A stretch of DNA of 55,132 bases, from IMG/VR virus record IMGVR_UViG_3300043427_002441, positions 1 to 55,132 of that record, one strand, 5' to 3'. This stretch comes from a virus (Duplodnaviria; Caudoviricetes). Below, piece by piece: positions 46,601-55,132 of this stretch (position 1 is the first letter of the stretch; every line of letters starts with the position of its first letter). Made by a program: the position numbers and the translations under genes. Under the pieces are notes generated by a model. The model made no database searches, was not told where the DNA came from, and was given only the letters and a program-made list of their open reading frames with translations.

Positions 46601-47566
46601 AGAAAATTGTGCTCCTATATTTTTTTGTCTATCAATACTCTCATCTAATGTGACATAAAATACGGATGGCAAATCTTTTAATTTTGATTTAACTTTTTTT
46701 GCAAAGAACTTATTTACACCAACATTTTCAATTTTCCAATTTATTTTTTTCTCAATAAAAAATTCTTTTAATTCAAAATGCTCATGCTTATTTTTTTGTA
46801 TCAATTTTTCTGCAATTACATAATCTAAATTTCCCCGAACTTCATCAGGAGAATCATATTGTTCTTGTAAAATTGGTAGATAATATTCTTCTATCTCTAG
46901 GTAGTCTTTACAATTTTCAAATCTTTTTCTGTCTGGATGGGGTAAGTGGATTATGGACCCATCAAATTTAATTGTTCTATGCTCAAGTCCAAGAAGTTCT
47001 AGGCGAGATAAAATATTTGTATCTTCCCATCCATAAGTTTCAATTGATTCATCATATCCACCAACTTTATCAAAATTTTCTTTACTCACATAAAGAATAC
47101 CTTTCAAAAACTTAAACAAAGGATTATATGTAAAAACGTAATCACGGATTGCTCCGATATCCATTTTGTAAAAATCGATATCATAACAACCGGTCTGTTC
47201 ATTATAATATTCAACTGCTTCAACTTTAGAAAGTCCAGAAATAAATGAATTTTCATCAACTGGAAACTGTCCAAAAAAATTAAGATAAGGATTTAATATG
47301 TAATCACAATCAAACTTTGCAATGTAGTCTTGAGTTGCTAAACTTGCTGCAAGATTTAAAGGTTGAGCCAGATTAAAATATTCCTCACCATCAACTCTCA
47401 CCACTTTTATTCTATCATCTACTTCAGTAAGATGATCAATTGGTTCATCAGAGCTCCAATCAACAATGATAATCTCTTTAATCTGTTCAAAATGTAACCA
47501 TGATTGAAGAGAAAGTCTTAAAGAGTCATACCTGTTTTTGCAGGCACAAATAACAGAAATATTCAT
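43631..47566 (-). CDS. multi-domain glycosyltransferase (GT2/GT7-like, GT25-like, GT17-like, TPR-like, GT2-like)
   Basis: IIIVDWSS..DCD..GGYDE..YGWED; GC..SHL...EDD...AY; DCFPYFNE.EIL.LR...SDCDEI...GWHFSW; TPR helices; N.G.SGAWN...GLFDENFYPAYVEDCDY. Confidence 0.85.
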   Translation of the reverse strand: MNISVICACKNRYDSLRLSLQSWLHFEQIKEIIIVDWSSDEPIDHLTEVDDRIKVVRVDGEEYFNLAQPLNLAASLATQDYIAKFDCDYILNPYLNFFGQFPVDENSFISGLSKVEAVEYYNEQTGCYDIDFYKMDIGAIRDYVFTYNPLFKFLKGILYVSKENFDKVGGYDESIETYGWEDTNILSRLELLGLEHRTIKFDGSIIHLPHPDRKRFENCKDYLEIEEYYLPILQEQYDSPDEVRGNLDYVIAEKLIQKNKHEHFELKEFFIEKKINWKIENVGVNKFFAKKVKSKLKDLPSVFYVTLDESIDRQKNIGAQFSKYGIIPNPVISKRFSESNDVVTGPYVHTLNDGTKGCAVSHLKSIKEWYNSTNEEYGFFCEDDLSLETVEYWNFTWGDFIERLPDDWECVQLMCIRGEFDNLCLRNRYWDDWSVTAYIIKRSHAKKLIDRHIRKDSYHLECENPDVQPLIETILFTGNVYTVPLFVEDTKFQSTFEGNDGDVKDGQKKNHYYTHNRVLELWQKNTKSIDEIMAKAFTVKAKIPTKKKKVVDCFPYFNEKEILELRINLLKDHVDKFVITDANHTHSGIPKDYTLKKTIKELGLPEDIIEVIEVDLSDAALGPATPYEKVWDKNPARESREKVQRNALAKCLQTNNFDEDTMFIVSDCDEILNPTYIPMLRDLVISHPKNIFKIDLVHLEGSADMRAYHKDTGEPRDWRFSLFLCTKEQASNVGFTEVRADTYNPYPIVWPYENGQMMKGLGWHFSWMGTNENRLTKAKSFCHADQVIDSLSHKNYASNEMKNFMLNYTRTEGQVCPSGMSDFIMKFYPVQDLPQIIFDLPRVKEFLLPFDDTSDDQSEFENLLKAFSEDVENAENNFNLGLWYESKGHNAPALSYYLRCAERSEDKDLAYEAIIRGSFCYSKQGERDGSSRGMLFQAQAFRPDRPEAYFLLSRYAEQRSWWQDCYLNAHLALLYCDFNQPPLRTDVEYPGKYGLLFEKALSGWWWGKVDESKEIFIDLKKNHQMNSQFNILVDNNLKHIGVNLDELNAEIEASKSVKEIPVIGVPIVNGVHWLRRLIDSVDYPVKDLIIFNNNGRGQITEELESICQENHKFIKNIKVCHLPSNIGCSGAWNLIIKSYMLEPYWIIASHDVCFSPGLLREMVEKSEDPEIGMVGYFDLFLLKDWVVQKVGLFDENFYPAYVEDCDYLIRLDKANVKREPINTSYLHGDGGYKEGGSQTSKIEPELHDKLHHSRVLNEVDYIAHKWGESWVVIMGDDWDYQPWEYPFNNPNLPVTYTTYDLDFVRKKHLGF
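46375..46429 (+). repeat. 55-bp perfect direct repeat, copy 1
   Basis: identical to 52877-52931. Confidence 0.9.
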
Positions 47567-47567
47567 A

Positions 47568-48551
47568 TCAACTAAAAATAAAATCTTTTACTGTATCTTT
47601 ATTAACCTTAAGAAGATAAGCAGCATTATCTTGAAATCCAAAAGTAATCAAATAACTATTTTTATATTCGCACATACCAACTGCAAACTCAATCTCCCCA
47701 CCAAGAAAATCAAACTGTGGAGATACTTTGACAATGTTCCAATCTTTATCCCAAACAACGAAGCGATGTCTATATGTTCCGTCCTTTCTTCCTGCCGGAC
47801 TTTGGTATAGATAAGTTTCATGATTTAAACAAAAACGATATTCGCCAAAAGGAATTACTTGAGAACCTCCACGCAAATCGATACAACCCAAATCTTTCCA
47901 ATTTGTCAGAGCAACCTGAGTAGTTTCTCCAGTATTAATATCATATTTTACCATTTCAGTTCCGTTTGTCCACTTGACAAAATGGTATGGCATATCAACA
48001 ACTGGCATCCAATTTTTCTCACAATATGATCCTTCATCACCTTTATGTCCAGGGACGGGAATTCTATTTCTTGATATTTCCTTTACCCCATTATCTGTGA
48101 AAACTATTTCACACAACTCCATTCGACCTGTACCAATTGTGTCCAGGTCTCTTCTTACACCACAAACATATAACTTCCCATCCCAACGAACAATTCTACA
48201 ATCTTCAAGACCAACAAACTCCCAAAGTTCTTTTTCTGGAAAATCAGAAGTATCAATATGATGATAAGACTTGATTCTCATATCATCATCCATCTCACAC
48301 ATGATGTTCCAGGTTCTTAATTTCCAGTCATTTTCTGGATGAATATAAACCAGTGGACCCCAATGGTGTTCAAACTTTTTCTTTTCAGAATGATACAAAG
48401 TATAGTTAATGTTTCTCAGATTAACTAATATCTTATCACCGTCAAGATAAACTGATGGGTTTGTAATGGATGGTCCCTTTAATTCATTGGATGGAATAAT
48501 TAATGGATGAATACTTCCACCATTTTCAAGTGCATGTTTTACAAAATTCAT
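47568..48551 (-). CDS. five-bladed beta-propeller glycoside hydrolase/phosphorylase-like (GH130/GH43 clan)
   Basis: NPSV, GLEDCRIV, EKNWMP, LRGGSQ, IEFAVGM, FGFQD. Confidence 0.7.
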   Translation of the reverse strand: MNFVKHALENGGSIHPLIIPSNELKGPSITNPSVYLDGDKILVNLRNINYTLYHSEKKKFEHHWGPLVYIHPENDWKLRTWNIMCEMDDDMRIKSYHHIDTSDFPEKELWEFVGLEDCRIVRWDGKLYVCGVRRDLDTIGTGRMELCEIVFTDNGVKEISRNRIPVPGHKGDEGSYCEKNWMPVVDMPYHFVKWTNGTEMVKYDINTGETTQVALTNWKDLGCIDLRGGSQVIPFGEYRFCLNHETYLYQSPAGRKDGTYRHRFVVWDKDWNIVKVSPQFDFLGGEIEFAVGMCEYKNSYLITFGFQDNAAYLLKVNKDTVKDFIFS

Positions 48552-48611
48552 AAAGAATTTAATTTACCTTTAATTATGTATTATACTTTAGATGACTTCA
48601 AAAATCAAATT

Positions 48612-50423
48612 TTATACATCAGCAGTGTTTGTTGATGGATAAGAACGCCCAGAACCCCAGATAATTCTAACTGCACCGCCAGTACCATCCCCACCCTTTG
48701 AAAGTGCATCATCATCCCAAGAACCACCACCGCCTCCATAAAGACCACCAGTATTAACACCGACAATATTTGATCCAGAAGTTCCACTAGAACCCCCACC
48801 TCCACCTGCAACAACCACTCCACCACCAATTCCATTTGCCCCTTGGCCAAAAATACCCGTTCCACCGCCACCTCCTGTTCCTGCTGTTGCTGATCCACCA
48901 CCACCGCCACCGCCACCTAATCCATCTGTGCCTGGAGCAGTAGTATTGCCATATCCACCGGTTCCACCAACTCCAGTATAACCAGCAGCACCGCCGCCAG
49001 CACCACCGGCAGCATTGACTGAAGCAAGTCCACCAATTCCACCAGTTCCACCACCATCTCTTTCAGTTCCTGTAGAAGTACCACCAGTACCACCAGTTCC
49101 AACTTGAGAAGTTCCTCCGGCAGCGGAACCCGTCGATCCTCCAGTTCCACCACCACCTTCAATAAGAACAGTAGAATCTCTACGAATGTAACTTGAACCA
49201 CCATTCTCCCCGGAAGATATGCAAATGGTTGTTCCATTCGCACCTGCACCACCAGTTCCACCATAACCCACAAAGACAGTTAATGTCTCTCCGGGTGTTA
49301 CTGGGAAAGTACCATAAGAAAGTCCACCACCACCACCGCCTCCGCCTGCCCAGCCCGTAGAAGCACCAGTACAGTTTCCAGAACCTCCGGCACCACCACC
49401 ACCTCCAATTGCAACTGCAGAAATTTCTCCCACAGCTGTAGGAACAACAAAAGTATAAACTCCAGGAGTAGTATATGCTTGCTGACCTATTATATTTCCA
49501 TAATAAGTCAAATCTCCAGTAAAAATTGTCGGAGAATAATCTTGTGAGTTATTAGGATAAGACCTCACATCATTAACTGATGACCATATGACTCTTGCGG
49601 CACCTTGAGCACCATTACCACCGGTAGTGTTCTCTACACCAGCACCACCCCCACCATAATTTCCACCTGTTTTTCCACTTCCATCAGAACCACCAGATCC
49701 TCCACCGCCAACTCCGGCAGCACCGCCAGCAGTTCCATTTGTTCCTTCGGTTACTATACCGACTCCACCAGCTCCGGCACCTTGAGTTGTGGCATTTCGA
49801 CCACCACCACCTCCACCTCCACCGGTTCCTGCTTGTCCAGATACAGTTCCTACGTCACCAGCTCCACCTCCACCATTTCCAGAGTATCCACCGGCACCAC
49901 CACCGCCACAGTTGTTTGTTCCGTTACTAGTTCCTCCAGTTCCACCATCGCCACCACCAATGAAACCAAAAGTTGTAACTCCCACAACACTACCAGTTCC
50001 ACCAACTCCAGCAGCGGCACCAGCTGAACCATATAAAGCACCACCACCACCTTGAGCAAACATAAGAACTGGATTTGCCGATGTAAACAATCCTCTTTTA
50101 AAGTAACTATCTCCACCCTTAGCACCGTTACCGGCTGCACCAGAAACCTGAGCACCTCCAGTTCCTCCAGTACCAACATAAAATGTTAGTGTTTCGCCTG
50201 CTGTCACCGGGACATCTCTAATCCATCGAAGACCTCCACCACCACCGGCAGATTGTTCCTGGTTGTTGTTTCCAGAACCAGCACCTCCACCACCACCACC
50301 AACAAGAACTGCAGAAATACTTGTTACTCCAACAGGAACAATAAAAGTATTGATTCCTACGTTTGTAAATGGCTGTTGATTAATTTGATTAAAATAACCC
50401 AATAAAATAGATGGTATCGTCAT
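48612..50423 (-). CDS. glycine-rich protein with two tandem polyglycine domains (putative fibre-tip adhesin)
   Basis: two repeats of TF.VP..V..ISAV..GGGGG...PVT.GETLT..VG.GG...GA.R.IW. Confidence 0.7.
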   Translation of the reverse strand: MTIPSILLGYFNQINQQPFTNVGINTFIVPVGVTSISAVLVGGGGGGAGSGNNNQEQSAGGGGGLRWIRDVPVTAGETLTFYVGTGGTGGAQVSGAAGNGAKGGDSYFKRGLFTSANPVLMFAQGGGGALYGSAGAAAGVGGTGSVVGVTTFGFIGGGDGGTGGTSNGTNNCGGGGAGGYSGNGGGGAGDVGTVSGQAGTGGGGGGGGRNATTQGAGAGGVGIVTEGTNGTAGGAAGVGGGGSGGSDGSGKTGGNYGGGGAGVENTTGGNGAQGAARVIWSSVNDVRSYPNNSQDYSPTIFTGDLTYYGNIIGQQAYTTPGVYTFVVPTAVGEISAVAIGGGGGAGGSGNCTGASTGWAGGGGGGGGLSYGTFPVTPGETLTVFVGYGGTGGAGANGTTICISSGENGGSSYIRRDSTVLIEGGGGTGGSTGSAAGGTSQVGTGGTGGTSTGTERDGGGTGGIGGLASVNAAGGAGGGAAGYTGVGGTGGYGNTTAPGTDGLGGGGGGGGSATAGTGGGGGTGIFGQGANGIGGGVVVAGGGGGSSGTSGSNIVGVNTGGLYGGGGGSWDDDALSKGGDGTGGAVRIIWGSGRSYPSTNTADV

Positions 50424-50424
50424 A

Positions 50425-52356
50425 TTAAGTTAATCCTGCTCCGGAAATAACAAAGGTAGAAACTCCGGCAGAAGTTCCAAGACAAAGAATCGTTGCAAGT
50501 CCTCTTTGACTTAAAAATCTATCTCCGGTTGATGCGGTTCCTGCCAAATACATCAGTGTTCCTCCGGAAGAGTAGATTGTACTAATCCCAGTAGAGTTAT
50601 TAAATACAACGACATTCTCCCCAGATTGAAAAACATTTGCTGGAACGGTAACAGCATTAAATGGACTTATCGTTACGTGCTTACCATTATCACTAGAAGT
50701 TAAAATGTAGCTAGAAGTCTGAGCATTTTGTGGAATAGTTGCTGGTCCAAATACACCCTGAGTGCCTTGAGTTCCTTGAGTACCTTGCTGACCTTGAGTT
50801 CCTTGATTACTTAATCCCTGAGTTCCTTGACGACCTTGGGTTCCTTGACGACCTTGGGTTCCTTGAGTACCTTGGGTTCCTTGAAGACCCTGAGTACCTT
50901 GAGTACCTTGAGTACCTTGAGTGCCTTGAGTACCTTGAACACCTTGTTCACCTTGAGTACCCTGAGTGCCTTGCTGCCCTTGAGTACCCTGAGTGCCTTG
51001 AGTTCCCTGGAAATTACTTAATGCACCCTGAGTACCTTGAAGTCCTTGCAATCCCTGAGTTCCCTGTGTTCCTTGAGTACCTTGAGTACCTTGAGTGCCT
51101 TGAGAACCTTGGCGTCCCTGAGTACCCTGCAATCCTTGAAGACCTTGAGTTCCTTGAGTGCCTTGAGTTCCCTGTGTCCCTTGAGTTCCTTGTTGCCCTT
51201 GAGTTCCTTGTTGCCCTTGAAGTCCTTGAGTTCCCTGAGTTCCTTGAGTTCCTTGAGTACCCTGAGTGCCTTGCTGCCCTTGAGTACCCTGCTGTCCTTG
51301 AGTGCCTTGAGTACCTTGAGTACCTTGGCGTCCCTGCAATCCCTGAAGACCTTGAGTTCCTTGTGTTCCTTGTGTTCCTTGAGTTCCTTGAGTACCCTGA
51401 GTTCCCTGAGTACCTTGAAGACCTTGAGTTCCCTGAGTGCCTTGAGTTCCTTGAGTTCCCTGTGTCCCTTGAGTTCCTTGGGTGCCTTGGGTGCCTTGAG
51501 TACCTTGAAGACCTTGAAGACCTTGAGTTCCCTGAGTTCCTTGAGTACCTTGAGTGCCCTGAGTTCCTTGAGAACCTTGGGTGCCTTGTTGCCCTTGAAG
51601 TCCCTGAGTTCCTTGAGTTCCTTGAGTTCCTTGAGTGCCCTGAGAACCTTGGCGTCCTTGAGTACCTTGCAAACCTTGTGTTCCTTGAGTACCCTGAGTT
51701 CCTTGTGTTCCTTGTGTTGTACCGTCTCTACCCTGAACACCCTGCAAACCCTGAGTTCCCTGTGTTCCCTGAGTACCTTGAGTGCCTTGGCGTCCTTGAG
51801 TACCCTGAAGACCTTGAAGACCTTGAAGACCTTGGGTTCCCTGAGTACCTTGAGTACCTTGAGTGCCTTGAGTACCTTGGGTTCCTTGAGTACCTTGAGT
51901 ACCCTGCAAACCTTGAGTACCTTGAGTTCCCTGTGTCCCTTGAGTACCTTGTGTCCCCTGGCGTCCCTGAAGTCCCTGAAGTCCCTGAGTACCTTGAGTG
52001 CCTTGGCGTCCTTGAGTACCCTGAAGACCTTGAAGACCTTGGGTTCCTTGTGTTCCTTGTGTTCCCTGAGTTCCTTGTTGTCCCTGAAGACCTTGTGTTC
52101 CTTGTGTTCCTTGAGTTCCTTGAGTTCCCTGAGAACCTTGAACACCTTGATTACTTAAACCTTGAGTGCCCTGTGCTCCCTGACCAGCAAAAAGACCATC
52201 TAATCCCTGAACACCTTGAAGTCCCTGAAGACCTTGAACCCCCTGCAATCCCTGTAGCCCCTGAGTGCCCTGTACTCCTTGTGCGCCCTGAGCAGCTACA
52301 GAGGATACAATTTTTATGGCATTTTCTTGACCAACTCTAACTTTTATATTTGACAT
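50425..52356 (-). CDS. collagen-like fibre protein (Gly-X-Gln repeats) with C-terminal globular domain
   Basis: about 510 aa of G-T/L/R/Q/S/V-Q triplets; late promoter TATAAATA at 52400-52393. Confidence 0.85.
   Translation of the reverse strand: MSNIKVRVGQENAIKIVSSVAAQGAQGVQGTQGLQGLQGVQGLQGLQGVQGLDGLFAGQGAQGTQGLSNQGVQGSQGTQGTQGTQGTQGLQGQQGTQGTQGTQGTQGLQGLQGTQGRQGTQGTQGLQGLQGRQGTQGTQGTQGTQGTQGLQGTQGTQGTQGTQGTQGTQGTQGTQGLQGLQGLQGTQGRQGTQGTQGTQGTQGLQGVQGRDGTTQGTQGTQGTQGTQGLQGTQGRQGSQGTQGTQGTQGTQGLQGQQGTQGSQGTQGTQGTQGTQGTQGLQGLQGTQGTQGTQGTQGTQGTQGTQGTQGTQGLQGTQGTQGTQGTQGTQGTQGTQGLQGLQGRQGTQGTQGTQGQQGTQGQQGTQGTQGTQGTQGTQGLQGQQGTQGQQGTQGTQGTQGTQGTQGLQGLQGTQGRQGSQGTQGTQGTQGTQGTQGLQGLQGTQGALSNFQGTQGTQGTQGQQGTQGTQGEQGVQGTQGTQGTQGTQGTQGLQGTQGTQGTQGRQGTQGRQGTQGLSNQGTQGQQGTQGTQGTQGVFGPATIPQNAQTSSYILTSSDNGKHVTISPFNAVTVPANVFQSGENVVVFNNSTGISTIYSSGGTLMYLAGTASTGDRFLSQRGLATILCLGTSAGVSTFVISGAGLT
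50750..52290 (-). repeat. 9-bp-unit coding tandem repeat (CAAGGNACT-type)
   Basis: direct reading of cct tga gta/gtt/gtg repeats on the + strand. Confidence 0.9.
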
Positions 52357-52418
52357 TATGCCGATGAAATGCAGGGAAAAACCGGTTTTTTATATTTATA
52401 ATGATATCAAAGATATGA

Positions 52419-53795
52419 TTATTTCAGTTCTATTTGCCTTATGGTTAGATTTTTACCAATTGTTTTCCACCATTCCATTACGGTGTTATAAGAAGATGAA
52501 TTAAATATTCCTATTCCACCAAAGCTACTTTGACAATTAGTAACATCCTCTACAAATAGAGGGTATCCATAAACATTAGAATCTTCAGAATCAAACAAAG
52601 TAAAAACTATAGTTTCCGCAGTGGGAAATAGAGCCCATTTATCTCTAAGATTTACATCCCTACCAACATAATCTATAAAAAATTCACCATTCATATAATA
52701 ATTTGCAATTAATTTTTTAGCATGTGATCTAGTTATCAAGTATGCACATGCCGACCAATCACACCAACATCTAGATCTTAAACTTATTTGAGAATCCGAA
52801 AAACCAAAAATATTTTCTCTTACCCAAGAGAGTTGTACACAAGACCAATTACTTGGTAAAGTATTAAAAAATTCTTCCCAAGTAAAGTTCCAATATTCAA
52901 CTGTCTCTAAACTCAAATCATCTTCACAGAAGAATGCATATGATTCATCTGTATTAAAATACCATTCTTTAATTGCTTTGAGATGAGAAGTTAGTGGTCC
53001 ACCCCATCTCCAACTTGATTCTTCTTCAAGATTAATTATTTCTGGGCGATTAGATACAAATGTGTGTTCACTGTCTTCATATCTTTTGAAGATGTGAGGA
53101 GTGATATTTGTTATTCCATACTCTGAGAATTTTTTATTTAATAATTCTCTTCTATCTTCAGATTCTTCTATGCTGATAAAATGAACTGGTGGGAAGTTTT
53201 TTAGTTTTTCAGAAGAAGAAATTTCCTGAGCAACTCTATAAATCCAGCAGTTATCCTGAGTTTGAAAATTACTAAGTTCTTCATTTACTGCTCTTTTTAC
53301 ACCGGGAAACCAATCATAACAATCATCAGGATAATAATCATGTCCTGCTAAAATTCCACCTGGTTTTATTTTAGGCAACCAACTTTTTATATCATCCTTT
53401 ACATCTTCATATTCATGAGATGCATCTAAAAATACAAAACTTAAAGACTTATCTTCAAATTTTTTAGATGCCTCAAGAGAAGTCATTCTTAAGGGTGTGT
53501 AATACTCCTCAACCTTGTGCATGTTACTTGTAAAAATATCGTAGAGTTGATGCAAATCATCTCTGTCCTGATGCTCTACACTACCTTCCCAAGTATCTAC
53601 ACAATAAAAATTAATATTCTTGTTTGAATTTGCAATTTCTACAGCAAGAAAACAAGAGGACCTTCCTTTCCAAGATCCAACCTCCACAAACGTATCTTTA
53701 TCTTTAAACTCTTTTACAACGTTTTCGTAAAGATTTGGATAAGTAAACCAATTCTCACCAAATATTTCATCATTTTTCCAATAATGTTCTATCAT
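52419..53795 (-). CDS. class I SAM methyltransferase fused to a GT25-like domain
   Basis: VEVGSWKGRS, VDTW, FVFLDASH.YE.V..D, GGILAGHDY; C-terminal SHLKAIKEWY...FCEDD...AY. Confidence 0.8.
   Translation of the reverse strand: MIEHYWKNDEIFGENWFTYPNLYENVVKEFKDKDTFVEVGSWKGRSSCFLAVEIANSNKNINFYCVDTWEGSVEHQDRDDLHQLYDIFTSNMHKVEEYYTPLRMTSLEASKKFEDKSLSFVFLDASHEYEDVKDDIKSWLPKIKPGGILAGHDYYPDDCYDWFPGVKRAVNEELSNFQTQDNCWIYRVAQEISSSEKLKNFPPVHFISIEESEDRRELLNKKFSEYGITNITPHIFKRYEDSEHTFVSNRPEIINLEEESSWRWGGPLTSHLKAIKEWYFNTDESYAFFCEDDLSLETVEYWNFTWEEFFNTLPSNWSCVQLSWVRENIFGFSDSQISLRSRCWCDWSACAYLITRSHAKKLIANYYMNGEFFIDYVGRDVNLRDKWALFPTAETIVFTLFDSEDSNVYGYPLFVEDVTNCQSSFGGIGIFNSSSYNTVMEWWKTIGKNLTIRQIELK
52877..52931 (+). 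repeat. 55-bp perfect direct repeat, copy 2
   Basis: identical to 46375-46429. Confidence 0.9.
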
Positions 53796-53815
53796 AGATT
53801 TTATTTTAATATATT

Positions 53816-54088
53816 TTATATATTAACTGGTTTCTGTTGCCCTTCTGGAAGTTTAATTTTATATTGCTCTAATGTATTTACCCTACCAGCAGGAAGTCCT
53901 TGTTGCCCAGAAAGTTGTTTATCGGTGGTTGAGATTACATCAATCACTTGATCCATTAAAAATCTATGACGACTGTAGGACCTGCCATTAGGATTAAATG
54001 AAACCATCATAATTGCATCATTGATATCTCCACAATGTGCGATAATTCTTCCAGTCTTATTTTCCGTTACTATCCAGTATTCGTTCAT
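53816..54088 (-). CDS. hypothetical protein
   Basis: start corrected to MNEYWIVTENK. Confidence 0.65.
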   Translation of the reverse strand: MNEYWIVTENKTGRIIAHCGDINDAIMMVSFNPNGRSYSRHRFLMDQVIDVISTTDKQLSGQQGLPAGRVNTLEQYKIKLPEGQQKPVNI

Positions 54089-54197
54089 TTTGTTTTTCCT
54101 TTTGATTATTATAAAATACTTGTGGACTTCTGTAAAGTCCCGGCCAAGTATCTCTAATAATATCTGCAAGTTTATGGGGAGTTGTAGAAGATATCAT
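54057..54197 (-). CDS. small hypothetical protein, 46 aa
   Basis: MISSTTPHKLADIIRDTWPGLYR...; ATGA-coupled to upstream peptide. Confidence 0.6.
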   Translation of the reverse strand: MISSTTPHKLADIIRDTWPGLYRSPQVFYNNQKEKQNERILDSNGK

Positions 54198-54274
54198 AAG
54201 TCTTGTGTCACAGAGATGATGAAGAGGAATATGCCGAAGAGTTGGAAGAGGAGGAGTATTAAAAAAAATGCCAT
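54194..54274 (-). CDS. hydrophobic micro-peptide, 26 aa (not in ORF track)
   Basis: MAFFLILLLFQLFGIFLFIISVTQDL*; single TM helix. Confidence 0.45.
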   Translation of the reverse strand: MAFFLILLLFQLFGIFLFIISVTQDL

Positions 54275-54299
54275 AAAAAAGGAGTTCTCTAGGAACTCC
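54275..54299 (-). terminator. psbD terminator
   Basis: GGAGTTC...GAACTCC stem followed by T6. Confidence 0.7.
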
Positions 54300-54309
54300 C
54301 TTATTTATT

Positions 54310-55132
54310 TTAGAGTGCGTTACCCCTAGGTAGGACTTCCTCAGGGAACACAAAGTTCTCATGAGGTTGGTCTACCGGTGCCATCCACGCCCTAAGTCCT
54401 TCATTGAGTAGAATATTCTTCGTGTAAAAGGTTTCAAACTCAGGGTCTTCTGCGGCTCTAATCTCCTGAGATACAAAGTCGTAAGCACGGAGGTTAAGAG
54501 CAAGACCGATGATGCCGATAGAAGAAGTCCAGAGACCCATAACTGGTACGAAAAGCATAAAGAAATGCAACCAACGCTTATTACTAAAAGCAATACCAAA
54601 AATCTGAGACCAGAATCTGTTAGCCGTAACCATAGAATACGTCTCTTCCTCTTGAGTCGGTTCAAATGCCTTGAAAGTGTTTGCCTGTTCACTGTCTTCA
54701 AATAGTGTGTTTTCTACAGTTGCTCCGTGAATGGCACAGAGCAGTGCTCCACCTAGTATACCTGCCACCCCCATCATGTGAAACGGATTTAGCGTGTAGT
54801 TATGAAAACCCTGAAGAAACAGAAGGAACCTGAAGATTGCTGCCACCCCAAAGGATGGAGCAAAAAACCAACTAGATTGACCCAGTGGATACATCAGGAA
54901 TACAGAAACGAATACAGCAATAGGACCAGAGAATGCGATTGCATTGTAAGGACGAATGCCTACAAGACGGGCAATCTCAAACTGCCTGAGCATAAATCCA
55001 ATTAGAGCGAAAGCCCCGTGGAGTGCCACAAAAGTCCAGAGTCCCCCAAGTTGGAACCACCTGACGATATCCCCTTGAGACTCAGGACCCCAAAGTAGAA
55101 GAAGAGAATGACCCATAGCGTCAGCAGGCGTT
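54310..55132 (-). CDS. psbD: photosystem II D2 protein (5'-truncated by window edge)
   Basis: [39 protein letters not shown]. Confidence 0.98.
   Translation of the reverse strand, partial: TPADAMGHSLLLLWGPESQGDIVRWFQLGGLWTFVALHGAFALIGFMLRQFEIARLVGIRPYNAIAFSGPIAVFVSVFLMYPLGQSSWFFAPSFGVAAIFRFLLFLQGFHNYTLNPFHMMGVAGILGGALLCAIHGATVENTLFEDSEQANTFKAFEPTQEEETYSMVTANRFWSQIFGIAFSNKRWLHFFMLFVPVMGLWTSSIGIIGLALNLRAYDFVSQEIRAAEDPEFETFYTKNILLNEGLRAWMAPVDQPHENFVFPEEVLPRGNAL

Noticed and set aside
48917-50179. Val/Glu-rich and Pro-rich ORFs overlapping the Gly-rich gene (also at 8623-9132)
   Set aside because: Frame-shifted or antisense readings of GGN codon runs
50750-52290. Repeat array as CRISPR or satellite
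   Set aside because: No unique spacers; variation is concentrated at synonymous and X positions, so it is coding
50739-52340. Long alternative-frame ORFs (LEYLE, KELKE, SLSTL repeats)
   Set aside because: By-products of the 9-bp collagen repeat lacking stops in several frames
46375-52931. DGR template/variable repeat pair
   Set aside because: Copies are identical with no adenine-specific mismatches, lie mid-gene, and there is no reverse transcriptase in the window

Overview
A 55 kb segment of a T4-like cyanophage (cyanomyovirus) genome, almost entirely on the minus strand. Diagnostic genes are psbD (5'-truncated), phoH, thyX, gp32, gp33, gp59, gp4, gp48, gp53, gp26, gp51 and gp5. From left to right the window holds: small early hypothetical genes with two 2OG-Fe(II) oxygenases and an SF2 helicase; a tail-fibre/adhesin block; a tRNA island (Leu-UAA, CAU, Ile-UAU) with an HNH endonuclease and an unannotated structured RNA; LamG/fibrinogen-type receptor-binding paralogues; the baseplate module; replication/late-transcription genes; a nitrogen-sensing unit (NtcA-type box, tandem glutamine riboswitch, DUF4278); and a collagen-fibre plus glycosylation island next to psbD. 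The best candidates for undescribed biology are (1) the double-pseudoknot, CCA-ending RNA at 16381-16532, (2) the proline-free Gly-Thr-Gln collagen with a Gly-rich tip protein and its own glycosylation enzymes, bracketed by a perfect 55-bp repeat, (3) the NtcA plus glutamine-riboswitch unit, and (4) a GH73 hydrolase with a T4 capsid-targeting-like N-terminus. All calls come from reading motifs by eye; no database searches or folding programs were run.
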